Source: Spirochaetota bacterium
GTDB lineage: Bacteria; Spirochaetota; UBA4802; UBA5550
Reading direction: 5' to 3'
Assembly (NCBI GenBank): GCA_963664815.2
Contig: CAXXHB010000003.1
Span: forward strand, 1,600,001 to 1,664,000
DNA length: 64,000 nucleotides
Shown here piece by piece: positions 1 through 9,289 of the stretch. Under the pieces are notes generated by a model. That model was not told the origin of the DNA. It did not search any database and saw only the letters and a program-made list of their open reading frames with translations. Position 1 is the stretch's first letter. Each line of letters opens with the position of its first letter. A program made the translations under genes and the position numbers.

Positions 1-2
1 GT

Positions 3-341
3 GAATGGGAATGTACTTCATCTGATAACAGGTTTGGTATCAATATTATATGGAATTCAACAAAGAATAGATATGAAGGATTTCTCACCACACAATATGG
101 ATCTCTCGGTAAAAGTTCTGATTATGGTTATTATTCAGGTGAGCTTATCTACATAGCCTATCCAGCAAAAGATAATCCATACATCTTAAAAGAACAGGGG
201 AAAATAAAAACTAAAGGGTGCTGCTTATTGATGATTCCTCCAGGTGAACAATGGAATGAAGGCATGGTAGATGTACGGGCATGGAAATCAAAAAATGACG
301 GATTGTTTTATTCATCAAGCCCGTTTGTCAGGAACAGATAA
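3..341 (+). CDS. 3' end of a hypothetical protein (truncated by window edge)
   Basis: Frame 3 is open from the window start to TAA at 339-341 (EWECTSSDNRFGINIIW...SPFVRNR*); not in the ORF track. Confidence 0.6.
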   Translation, partial: EWECTSSDNRFGINIIWNSTKNRYEGFLTTQYGSLGKSSDYGYYSGELIYIAYPAKDNPYILKEQGKIKTKGCCLLMIPPGEQWNEGMVDVRAWKSKNDGLFYSSSPFVRNR

Positions 342-451
342 TTTCAATCTTCAGGTGCAGCATCTGTGATTCACTTATACAAAACTTTTTAGTTATCGCG
401 CTTTCATCATATAACAACGAAGTATGTTGCAAAAGTAAAATTAAACGGCAG

Positions 452-1057
452 GTGATAATGAAGGATATAATAACTGTCTTGTTTAATGATTTCGAAACAT
501 TAGATGCCTTCGGCCCTGTTGAGGTATTTGGCCGGCTTAAAGATTATTTCAATCCTCAGTTCTATTCGACTGCAGGTGGAGCGATTTTAAGCAGTCAAAA
601 TGTTTCAGTAAATACAAAAAAGATTTCTGAAATTCAATCATCGGAATATATTTTGTTTATACCTGGCGGAGTTGGTACACGTGAACTGGTTAAGGATGAA
701 TTCTTTATAAACAGCATCAGGAGATTATCAGAAAAAGCAGATTATATATTAACTGTTTGTACCGGTTCTATTCTGTTTTCCAAGACAGGATTACTGGACG
801 GAAAAAGGGCAACATCAAATAAACGCGCATTTTTCTGGACAAAAAATGAATCCCCTGATGTTTTATGGGTAAAAAAAGCACGATGGATAAAAGATGGTAA
901 TATCTATACCAGTTCCGGAGTAAGCGCCGGTATAGATATGGCTTTAGGTTTTGTTTCAGATACATTGGGGTATGATATTGCCAGGCAACTGAGCATTGAA
1001 ATTGAATATGACTGGAAAGAAAATTCCGGATGGGATCCTTTTTCGGAATTATACTAA
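452..1057 (+). CDS. DJ-1/PfpI (ThiJ/InhA-like) family protein
   Basis: FETLDAFGPVEVF, IPGGVG, nucleophile VCTGS and TSSGVSAGIDMAL motifs. Confidence 0.9.
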   Translation: MIMKDIITVLFNDFETLDAFGPVEVFGRLKDYFNPQFYSTAGGAILSSQNVSVNTKKISEIQSSEYILFIPGGVGTRELVKDEFFINSIRRLSEKADYILTVCTGSILFSKTGLLDGKRATSNKRAFFWTKNESPDVLWVKKARWIKDGNIYTSSGVSAGIDMALGFVSDTLGYDIARQLSIEIEYDWKENSGWDPFSELY

Positions 1058-1186
1058 AAATATTTTATAGCAGTATACTATGTGCCGCGATATTTGCCGT
1101 CTGAAATGAATCAGAAGAAGGCAATTTCATTATTAACTTGATTTTCCGCACAGTACAGCAATCTTAAAATTTATAAAAGGAGCTTT

Positions 1187-1825
1187 TTGATGAAAGTTGT
1201 AGCAATAAATGGGAGTCCCAACAAGGAAGGTAATACTTTTTATGCGCTTAAGGTTATAGGGTCAAGGCTTAAAGAAAACGGTATAGATCTGGAAATTATT
1301 CACATAGGCAATAAATCGATACGAGGTTGTATTGCCTGCGGAAAATGCGGTGAAAATAAAAATGAAAAATGTTCAATTACAACTGATCCTGTTAATGAAT
1401 TGATTCAAAGTATTAAAGCTGCTGACGGGCTTATTCTGGCGTCTCCTGTACATTATTCCGGGATTCCGGGTACAATGAAATGTTTTCTGGATCGGGTATT
1501 TTATGTATCTACAAGTAATGGCGGATTGTTCCGGCAAAAAATTGCTGCTGCAATCGTTGCTGTCCGACGTACCGGAGGTTCAGCCACTTTGGACAGTTTG
1601 TATCATTTCCTTGCTTATTCTGAAATGATACTTGCAACATCCAATTACTGGAATGTAATTCACGGAAGAATACCCGGAGAAGTTATTAATGATGAAGAAG
1701 GTGTTCAAATAATGGAGGTTCTCGGTAATAATATGGCCTGGCTACTGAAGATGCGGGAGCAGACTAAAGATACATTTAAGGCTCCGGCTCCGGTTCAAAA
1801 AGTTATAACCAATTTTATACGATAA
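1187..1825 (+). CDS. Flavodoxin-fold / iron-sulfur flavoprotein (NADPH-dependent FMN reductase family)
   Basis: INGSP..GNT, CIACGKC...C cluster, ASPVHY, MKCFLDR, RRTGG; RBS AGGAG. Confidence 0.9.
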   Translation: MMKVVAINGSPNKEGNTFYALKVIGSRLKENGIDLEIIHIGNKSIRGCIACGKCGENKNEKCSITTDPVNELIQSIKAADGLILASPVHYSGIPGTMKCFLDRVFYVSTSNGGLFRQKIAAAIVAVRRTGGSATLDSLYHFLAYSEMILATSNYWNVIHGRIPGEVINDEEGVQIMEVLGNNMAWLLKMREQTKDTFKAPAPVQKVITNFIR

Positions 1826-1891
1826 TTAAACACAGATTGTTGAGATCAGATTCACGGAGCTTTAACGCAGTTTCCCGGAAAGAAAACCAAT

Positions 1892-2047
1892 AATCATTTT
1901 TTCCTGAGTAATGATTTTATCCTTATGGGGAGAGCTGCAGCAATGGTCAGGGATAAAGGTGATGCTGAAGAAGATAAAGAAGGCATACAGTTTGCAAAAG
2001 CCCCCGGTCGGAGAATGGCGTGGATTATGAAGATAATTCAAAAATAG
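1892..2047 (+). pseudogene. C-terminal remnant of a second iron-sulfur flavoprotein paralog
   Basis: Translates NHFFLSNDFILMGR...DKEGIQFAKAPGRRMAWIMKIIQK*, aligning by eye with YHFLAYSEMIL...DEEGVQIMEVLGNNMAWLLKM of 1187-1825; no N-terminal half. Confidence 0.6.
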
Positions 2048-2061
2048 TGTAAATAAAAATA

Positions 2062-2457
2062 TGCAGCGGATAAAAATATCGGTAATACAGATCCTAAGTG
2101 CTTTTCAAAGGATAATAATATTTTTGGAATGCAACTTCCGGCAATGTTATAGCGGTAGAGTGTATTAACACTTCTCCGGCCTCTCAAAGTAATAGCTGCA
2201 GGGAATAATCGAAAACCAGTTGAATGGTGAACCTCTGAAAGGATAGCCCGGACTGGAAGGGGTAAGATGTTATTCACAGATAATCCCTTTGTCGGTTATA
2301 ATGTGGTCATAGGAGAAAACAAAAATGAACTGGAAATCTGGTTTGACGATTACCTTATAGGTGTACTGGATAAAAACTGACCTGGTTATTTATAAAAATG
2401 ATAGTATAATAGTACAGAACGCATTGTAGAGTATTACCGATGTCATCGGGTTATACC
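2062..2457 (+). mobile_element. Degenerate, internally deleted IS481-like element (MITE-like remnant)
   Basis: Inverted repeat core ATCGGTAATAC (2078-2088) / GTATTACCGAT (2431-2441) in IS481-style ~27-bp ends; internal peptide GKMLFTDNPFVGYNVVIGENKNELEIWFDDYLIGVLDKN* resembles IS481 transposase C-termini (family from recall). Confidence 0.45.
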
Positions 2458-3281
2458 ATATTATGTTTTATGTAATTGCCGGGTGTAGCCCCTACAATTT
2501 TTCTGAAAAATTTTGAAAAGTGACTCTGATCCGTGAAACCCATATTTAAAGAGACTTCAGCTATAGATCCGCTTTTAAGCAGAAGCTCTTTTGATTTCTC
2601 GATTCTTCTGTGTATCTGATATGAGTGAGGAGAAATCCCGACTTCGCTGCAGAATAGCCTGTTAAGATAAAATGGACTTACCCCTGAGATTTGTGACAGT
2701 TCATCAAGTGAAATCTCGTCAATGAAATTATTGTCAATATGCCCCTTCGCTTTCTGTATAATGCTGTTTCTTTTTTCAGGAACGGGAATCTCTTTTTTGG
2801 AGCTGGAATGGTATCTGATCAGCATCTCTAGGAATGAATATAATCTGCTCTCTCTGTCTAAAAGCATATTTGAGTTCAGCAGAGTATCAATAAGCCTTTT
2901 CATCCGGAGAGTAAGGTCTGTTTTGTCTGTAATGTAATTTTCAAATATAATTTCTTTTCTGTAAATTGAGAGTTTCTTTGCAATATCTGAAATAAGTCTC
3001 TGTTCTATATTGATGACTACATATGAATGAGAAGACATTTCAGGTGAAATGCATCCATGAGGTTCCCCCGGATTAATCACAAAGATATCATCTCTGTCAA
3101 GAAGCATGCTTTTCCCTTTGGCGGAGATGATTCTCTTACCATGTGTGATTATCCCTATACATAAATCGGCATGTATATGTTTCGGGAAATCATTTACTAT
3201 GTTGATTCCGGATACAACCCTTATAAAAGGAATATCCCGAATCTTTGTTACAGTAAGAATATTTTCCTGTTTTCTTCTCAT
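2451..3281 (-). CDS. AraC family transcriptional regulator (cupin ligand-binding domain + HTH)
   Basis: FPKHIH, INPGEPH cupin; C-terminal GFTDQSHFSKFFRKIVGATPGNY. Confidence 0.92.
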   Translation of the reverse strand: MRRKQENILTVTKIRDIPFIRVVSGINIVNDFPKHIHADLCIGIITHGKRIISAKGKSMLLDRDDIFVINPGEPHGCISPEMSSHSYVVINIEQRLISDIAKKLSIYRKEIIFENYITDKTDLTLRMKRLIDTLLNSNMLLDRESRLYSFLEMLIRYHSSSKKEIPVPEKRNSIIQKAKGHIDNNFIDEISLDELSQISGVSPFYLNRLFCSEVGISPHSYQIHRRIEKSKELLLKSGSIAEVSLNMGFTDQSHFSKFFRKIVGATPGNYIKHNMV

Positions 3282-3282
3282 C

Positions 3283-3666
3283 TCATATCAATGGCGGTGA
3301 AAATTTTGCAAAAAACTGAAGCCCGTCATTGCCTGCTTTTATAGAATGTTTAATGTCATCAGGGATATATGATACAACTCCCGGTGAGTAGTCAAATATT
3401 TCTTCTTCTATTGTAAAACTGCCGCTGCCACTTATTACTTCGTGAAGTTCCATTTTCCCTTCATGGATGTGACTACCGAGCTCACATAAAGGTTCAATTT
3501 TTACCAGATGGCAGCTCATCCTGTTCCCTGTCTCCATCCCTTTTATAATATGTTTTAAGAAAACACCTTTAAATGACGGGTGCTGGTTCCATTCAATACT
3601 CCCAAGATCATAAACTTTCCCCATGTAAATCATTCTTCCTTCATCAAAAAAATTTCTGTTATCCAT
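3283..3666 (-). CDS. Cupin domain protein
   Basis: HIHEGKMELHEV...IPDDIKHS cupin motifs; start moved to ATG 3666 (GAGGAGG RBS). Confidence 0.85.
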   Translation of the reverse strand: MDNRNFFDEGRMIYMGKVYDLGSIEWNQHPSFKGVFLKHIIKGMETGNRMSCHLVKIEPLCELGSHIHEGKMELHEVISGSGSFTIEEEIFDYSPGVVSYIPDDIKHSIKAGNDGLQFFAKFSPPLI

Positions 3667-3914
3667 AGTAGACCTCCTCAAAATGATTTAAGATGTTTAC
3701 CATAATATTTTTATATGTTATTGTATAATCTTGCTATTTTAAAAAATTTTTTAACGAAAACTGAGTTTAAGCACAGAAAGTATATTCCAACTCTTTGCAG
3801 TCAATGACACATACTGAGGGTTATCTGAAGCTGAAAAAAGATACACAATGGTCAATAATTCTTCATTGAGCTGTTTTAAATTAAATATTTTGAGGGGAAC
3901 TGTTTACTGATCTG

Positions 3915-4043
3915 TTATTTAACTGGTATCTTTACAGGAACAGCTCTGCTGAATAAAATCTTCGGTTCACTTGCAATTTCAAACCCTAGCCCCTTCATGA
4001 TTTCTATCTGATTCCGGAAGCCATCTTCTTTAGTTACCTGAAA
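3915..4043 (-). pseudogene. Possible degraded gene remnant (class I SAM methyltransferase-like C-terminus)
   Basis: FQVTKEDGFRNQIEIMKGLGFEIASEPKILFSRAV resembles methyltransferase C-termini from recall; upstream frame has stops. Confidence 0.25.
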
Positions 4044-4328
4044 TCAGGCTATTGTATTATTTTCTCTATCAGCTGATGTCTGACAGTTATACTCCTGATA
4101 AATTCGGCAGCTGTCTTTTATAAGCCCTGTGTTAAACTCTTTCAGATCAATGCCTGCCGGTATTATGAAGATTATTCAGTAATAATAGAGGTATGTTGTA
4201 ATCTCTTTAATCCTGTAATCGTGTTCAGAATTTTATATAACAGGCTTAAGTATGTACCTGATTTTTTTTGCAGTGATCCTGCTGGTGTAAAAGATATAAG
4301 TAGTTATCGGAATTAATTTATATCATAA

Positions 4329-4432
4329 TTTATACATGTGTTTAATACATCTGTATAAATAATTAAAATTTAAAGCGCTGATTAGGTTTTTTTATTGCAA
4401 TTTTATACATCTGTTTAATACGGTTGTATAAA
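4329..4432. promoter_or_regulatory. Two copies of a 31-bp imperfect palindrome, putative TetR operators
   Basis: TTTATACATGTGTTTAATACATCTGTATAAA (4329-4359) and TTTATACATCTGTTTAATACGGTTGTATAAA (4402-4432), upstream of the hydrolase-TetR genes. Confidence 0.65.
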
Positions 4433-4490
4433 ATAGTTGTGTGATATACACGGCAGCAGTATTACAAAACATCTGAATCAGGAGATTTAT

Positions 4491-5423
4491 ATGCCAAAAA
4501 AACATCAAACCTCAGGAGCCGCTGCAAAGAAAAACAAGTTCCCCCCTTTTCATCCATTCAGATCAGGTGAAGCTAAAGAGAAATTTCTGAAATTCTATGA
4601 TGAACTTGCAAAAAAATGGCCGGTTTCGTCTGAAACACTGATGCTTGATACACCTTTCGGCAATACATTTGTACGGATAAGCGGACCTGTTGACGCCCCG
4701 CCGCTGGTTCTGCTGCATGCAGGGGGAAACAATTCACTTTCATGGATACCACAGGTGAAGGTGTTTTCCGGAAATTTCAGGATATATGCGATTGATGATC
4801 TGTATGGTCATGGACTGACAGCAAATGTCAGATCTATAAATGGGCCTGAAGAATATACGGACTGGCTTACCGGAATATTTGATACTCTTAATCTGACAAG
4901 CGGTATAAACCTGATAGGTATGTCATGGGGAGGCGGGCTTACATGCCATTATGTGCTGCGGTATCCGGAGAGACTCGGTAAAATTATAATGCTGGCTCCT
5001 GCAGCAGGAATATACCCGGTAAGTCATTTATTCATGATGCGGGCTTTAATAAGCCTGCTGGCAGGGGAATATTTTTATAAAAAACTGCTGCAATGGCTTT
5101 TTAAGGATTATTTGAAAAAAGACAGAGCAGAAGCTGAAAAAGAAATAGAAATACTACAGTCAGGAGACAGACTTTTTAAGCCTCAGCGTTTGCCGAATCT
5201 TCCCCTGTTAACAGACAGAGAACTGGCGAATATTGCTGTACCTGCACTTTATATAGTCGGTGAAAACGAAAAAATATATTCTCACCGGAAAGCTCTGCTG
5301 CGTCTTCATACCATTGCGCCGCAGATAAAGACAGAATTAATTCCCGGAGCAGGGCACGATCTTACGGCGGCACAGCCAGAATTGATAAACAAAAAAATTA
5401 TGGATTTTTTAATGAAGTCATAA
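4491..5423 (+). CDS. Alpha/beta fold hydrolase (esterase-like)
   Basis: LLHAGG, nucleophile elbow GMSWGG, catalytic GAGHD; start at ATG 4491 after AGGAG. Confidence 0.9.
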   Translation: MPKKHQTSGAAAKKNKFPPFHPFRSGEAKEKFLKFYDELAKKWPVSSETLMLDTPFGNTFVRISGPVDAPPLVLLHAGGNNSLSWIPQVKVFSGNFRIYAIDDLYGHGLTANVRSINGPEEYTDWLTGIFDTLNLTSGINLIGMSWGGGLTCHYVLRYPERLGKIIMLAPAAGIYPVSHLFMMRALISLLAGEYFYKKLLQWLFKDYLKKDRAEAEKEIEILQSGDRLFKPQRLPNLPLLTDRELANIAVPALYIVGENEKIYSHRKALLRLHTIAPQIKTELIPGAGHDLTAAQPELINKKIMDFLMKS

Positions 5424-5544
5424 TAAAGCTCCAGGTATAAATTTATGCTGTATTTATAACGCAGTATTGAACATGATGCATGGTTTAAAGGATATCTGAA
5501 CAGGTGAAGAAACAGTACATGCAGCAGATAATAAAGGATAAAAA

Positions 5545-6201
5545 ATGGAAAAAAAAACCGGACAGGATAATACAACACGCGAAAAGCTCTTCAGAGCAGC
5601 CCTGATGCTGTTCGCCGAGAAGGGATACCGCGGCACAACCGTCAGGGACATATGCAAACTTGCAGGCGCTGCAAATGTCAACAGCATAAACTACTATTTT
5701 GGCGATAAGGAGAAACTTTACCGCTATATTCTTGAGTATATGTATTCCGAATTTTCCAGACGCAAATCAGAATATCCGGACGATATCCCACCCGAACAGC
5801 ATCTGAGGGATTTCATCAGGGCATACTGTGAAATGCAGTATGCTGACACCGAATACACAAAGGCATTTATGGCGATAGCCAGAGCGGAGCTGACACACCC
5901 CTCACCATGGATGAAACCGCTTGTAAAGAAGTATGTAAAACAGCAGGCGCTCGATTTTCTCGTTGTCATGCGCAAACTCCTTGGACCTGAGGTGCCGGAA
6001 GATGTTGTGCGCGACTGCAACCTGAGCGTGGGGGGGCAGATAGCATACCATGCCCTTGCATGGCCGCTGGTATCCACAGTGTTCCCGGATCACCCAAGGA
6101 TGGACAGGTATCACAGGGTAATCGCAGATCACATCTATGAATTTTCCCTGGCAGGGATAAAGGCCATAAGAAAAAAATATGAATCCGGAAAAAATAAGTA
6201 A
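5545..6201 (+). CDS. TetR family regulator with CecR/YbiH-type (DUF1956-like) C-terminal domain
   Basis: LFAEKGYRGTTVRDICKLAG...INYYFGDKEKLY HTH; C-terminal SVGGQ and HIYEFSLAGI. Confidence 0.88.
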   Translation: MEKKTGQDNTTREKLFRAALMLFAEKGYRGTTVRDICKLAGAANVNSINYYFGDKEKLYRYILEYMYSEFSRRKSEYPDDIPPEQHLRDFIRAYCEMQYADTEYTKAFMAIARAELTHPSPWMKPLVKKYVKQQALDFLVVMRKLLGPEVPEDVVRDCNLSVGGQIAYHALAWPLVSTVFPDHPRMDRYHRVIADHIYEFSLAGIKAIRKKYESGKNK

Positions 6202-6249
6202 ACCGCTGATGTCATCTATAAAAAAAGAAGAATCATGAGGTGCCGTAAT

Positions 6250-6852
6250 ATGGATATTAAAGATAAACTCTTAACAATAATACCTGAACTCGAATCTCAC
6301 TGGGATGAAATTAAAAATATTTTTATGGTGCAGAAAATTCCGGCAAAGACTGCACTTCTTGAAAGTGGAGATATATCGAAATATCAGTACATAGTATTAA
6401 AGGGGTGCCTCAGGCTTTTTATTATAAAAGAGGATGGCAGTGAAGTCACGGTTCAGTTCTTTTTTGAGAACCAGATGGTCGCATCAATGGAGAGTGCTTT
6501 CACCGGAAAACCGGGAAGAATGTACCTCGAAAGTATTGAAGATAGTGAGGTTATTATTGCAGAACTTAAGGATTGGAAAGAACAGTTTATGCGCTATCCG
6601 GAGTATGATAAGGTGATGATACGGTTTTTACAGAAACGTCTTCTTTACTATGCTGATCTATATACCTCTTTTATCCTTAAAACACCGGAGCAGAGATATG
6701 AAAAACTTATAAATGAAAATCCCGAGATAATTGAAAGAGTTCCTCACTATTACATAGCGTCTTATCTCGGCATCACCCCGGTTTCACTCAGCAGAATAAG
6801 ATCGCGTCTTTTAAAAAAGGCCGATCCGTTAACATATGTTAATGACAAATAA
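6250..6852 (+). CDS. Crp/Fnr family transcriptional regulator
   Basis: cNMP-binding IVLKGCLRLF; TPEQRY...IASYLGITPVSLSRIR. Confidence 0.9.
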   Translation: MDIKDKLLTIIPELESHWDEIKNIFMVQKIPAKTALLESGDISKYQYIVLKGCLRLFIIKEDGSEVTVQFFFENQMVASMESAFTGKPGRMYLESIEDSEVIIAELKDWKEQFMRYPEYDKVMIRFLQKRLLYYADLYTSFILKTPEQRYEKLINENPEIIERVPHYYIASYLGITPVSLSRIRSRLLKKADPLTYVNDK

Positions 6853-6896
6853 ATTCCGTCATGCTAACGTTTGGAGAAACTAAAAAAGAGGAATTT

Positions 6897-7187
6897 ATGA
6901 TGCAAAAACAAAACAGAACCTCAGTTAATCCGAACATCCGCCGGTTGGAGAAAAAAAGACCCGGACGGGAGACTGATTACATTCAGCTTAACACTTCAAA
7001 ATGCACCGCATGTTTTAAATGCATTGAAGCCTGTTCAAAGAATGTAATCGGTAAAATAAATATTTTAATACATAAACACGCAATAATCAGGAATGGAGAA
7101 GAGTGCGTCGGTTGCGGCAAATGCTTGAAGGTATGTAATGCGGGGGCTATTAGCCATATGATACAAAAAAAAGGTGTTAATATATGA
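6897..7187 (+). CDS. 2x[4Fe-4S] ferredoxin
   Basis: CTACFKCIEAC and CVGCGKCLKVC; GAGGA RBS before ATG 6897/6900. Confidence 0.88.
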   Translation: MMQKQNRTSVNPNIRRLEKKRPGRETDYIQLNTSKCTACFKCIEACSKNVIGKINILIHKHAIIRNGEECVGCGKCLKVCNAGAISHMIQKKGVNI

Positions 7188-7471
7188 GTAAAACATTAGA
7201 AAATAATAAGACTAAAAATACAGGCAGAAGATCAGTTTCGCTCATTATGCTTTTTGCCTTTATTGCTCTGATACCATCGGGTATACTGATGCATCTGAAT
7301 GATGCTGCAGGTTCGCATGAAGATAAATTTATACCAATGGCAGTACACAACTTAAGTGCCATAGTATTTGTTGTTTCCGGATTATTTCATATAAAGTTTA
7401 ATTTTAAACTCATAAAAAAATATATTTCGGAAACCTGGTATGAAACATCAGGCAAAAAAACAGAAAATTAA
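7184..7471 (+). CDS. Small membrane protein (DUF4405-like, His-containing)
   Basis: Two TM segments, SGILMH, VHNLS, FHIKFN; overlaps the ferredoxin stop by 4 bp. Confidence 0.7.
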   Translation: MSKTLENNKTKNTGRRSVSLIMLFAFIALIPSGILMHLNDAAGSHEDKFIPMAVHNLSAIVFVVSGLFHIKFNFKLIKKYISETWYETSGKKTEN

Positions 7472-7485
7472 TTATTTCACATGGG

Positions 7486-7800
7486 GTGTTTATGCCGGTT
7501 TTAGATGCTAATGAAATTACAATCAGTAATTATCTCCCCGGAATTTCGGGGAGATTCTTCAAGTCAGAAAATAATTCGTTTTCATTCACTCATTTTGAAA
7601 AAAAGGCTGTTTCACCGATACATAAGCATTCGTTTGAGCAGGTAATTATAATTCTTAAAGGGGAGATGGAATTTCTGCTTGAAGATAAAAAACACACAAT
7701 GAAAAAAGGTGGGGTAATGATAGTTCCATCCAACATCTGCCATCAATGTACTGCATTGACAGATTGCCTGCTTATTGAAATTTTTCAACATTATGAATAG
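7486..7800 (+). CDS. Cupin domain protein
   Basis: PIHKHSFEQ...G..EF, VPSNICH. Confidence 0.8.
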   Translation: MFMPVLDANEITISNYLPGISGRFFKSENNSFSFTHFEKKAVSPIHKHSFEQVIIILKGEMEFLLEDKKHTMKKGGVMIVPSNICHQCTALTDCLLIEIFQHYE

Positions 7801-7825
7801 ATATATACTAAAAAAATTTTTTAAA

Positions 7826-9142
7826 TTACTCGAGTTAGGCGTTTTTTGGACATAGCTACGCCACGAGTTTTAGTTTTTTATAAATGTCCCTCTTGGAGAC
7901 ACCCTTTTTATGCATTATAATCACTTGATCAACGTACTCCCGCTTCTTCATTATTTTGAAATACTGTCGAGATTTCCCAAGACTCTGTTCATTGTTAGCA
8001 ACTCTCAATGATTCAAGTAAAGCATACGCAGCAAATACAAGAGCACAGTATTTTTCTATTGCCTTCAGTTTCCTCATCTGGTATTGACTCATACCAAGAC
8101 GATCTTTACAATAAAGATATCCAACTTCAATATCCCAGCGAAAGCTGTAATATTTCAAGATGCCTTCATTATTCAAGTTCATATCCGTACTAAGGATGAA
8201 CATTCTAGATCCGTCCTTGACTCTCTTTGATATCAGTATAATTGCATTACCGATACCTTTCAGCCAGACTTCTATCTGTCTGACTTTGAAGGCTTCATCC
8301 TTTAATTTTACTTTCTCAAAGGATGAGTTTCTTAAGTTTTTCACATAAGCTGACAGCTTATGTTTTTTACCATGCTCTTTGAACTGGAATACTCTATTGC
8401 TCTTAAGCGCTCCTATAAGTTCAAATTCCCGGTCTTTTACAGCTTTTACGACTTTCTCCGATGTGTGCCAGCTATCTACTAAACAGTATATCTTATCTCC
8501 TGTAAAAGGTTCAAACTTATCTATCAATTCACATGCTATATCCGGTTTTGTTTTAAATACTTCTCCGGATTCAGTTGCCACTTACTCATTTAGATAAAAC
8601 CGGAAATCATATGGGAAAGATATATCCCCTGATCTATAATGACTTGTCACCAAGCTGTGATCATATACCGTTCTGCCTTTTGAATGAGAATAATGCCACC
8701 CGAGACTTTCTATCTTCTTCGGTTTTCCCGGCTTCTCTATCACAGTATCATCTATTATTAAAAAGCCTGTCCCGTTTTTCTTAGCGATACATTTTAAAAA
8801 ATTCCTGTTAACTCTTAAAAGATCTTTACAGGTCCAAGCTGTATCTCTTATAAACTTTATATCATTACTAACATCTCTTGTGTCAACCTGAATGGAGTTG
8901 ATACTTGAGATTGTATGACGACCATCATATTCTATTATCCCTTTCAGCATCTTAGTAAAATGCCTCATTTGCGGTTTTGAAAAAATTTCTTTCGCCGCTG
9001 TAAAATACTTGCCTTCTGTAATCTGTTGTTTATTTTTTTATTCATTAGAGTTTTTAAAATACTTTTCATAATGGGGTAAAAAATTAATACTATTTTTTGC
9101 CCCATTATCTTTTTCTTTTAAAAAAACGCCTAACTCAAGTAA
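7826..9142 (-). mobile_element. IS701-family-like (DDE) insertion sequence, ~1.3 kb
   Basis: 22-bp terminal inverted repeats with 1 mismatch: TTACTCGAGTTAGGCGTTTTTT (7826-7847) / AAAAAACGCCTAACTCAAGTAA (9121-9142), flanking a transposase; exact ends and target duplication are ambiguous by 2-3 bp. Confidence 0.88.
7856..9069 (-). pseudogene. Inactivated IS701-type DDE transposase
   Basis: IIDDTVIEK, LVDSW, RWDIE..Y..K motifs. ORFs 8582-8968 and 7856-8581 are in the same frame, split by one TAA (8582-8584). The N-terminus (ATG 9069) is frameshifted near 9010. Confidence 0.85.
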
Positions 9143-9226
9143 AGTAGTGGATAAATTTAATTAAAAAACATTTTAAAATTATAAAATTAACAATTTAATG
9201 AAAATATAAAAATCCGGCTTTGAAAT

Positions 9227-9236
9227 TTTCGTCTAT
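9227..9236 (+). promoter_or_regulatory. Putative ECF-type -10 element TTTCGTCTAT upstream of the large operon
   Basis: The same 10-mer recurs in sense orientation upstream of other genes (37042-, 40832-); CGTC is a typical ECF -10 core; no clear -35. Confidence 0.5.
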
Positions 9237-9289
9237 ATGAGGCGATGAATTTTATTTAAATTTTGAATTAATGATTCTGGAGGTCTACA

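Noticed and set aside
8560-8600. Programmed frameshift joining the two transposase ORFs
   Set aside because: Both ORFs are in the same frame, separated by a single TAA; this is a nonsense mutation, not a frameshift
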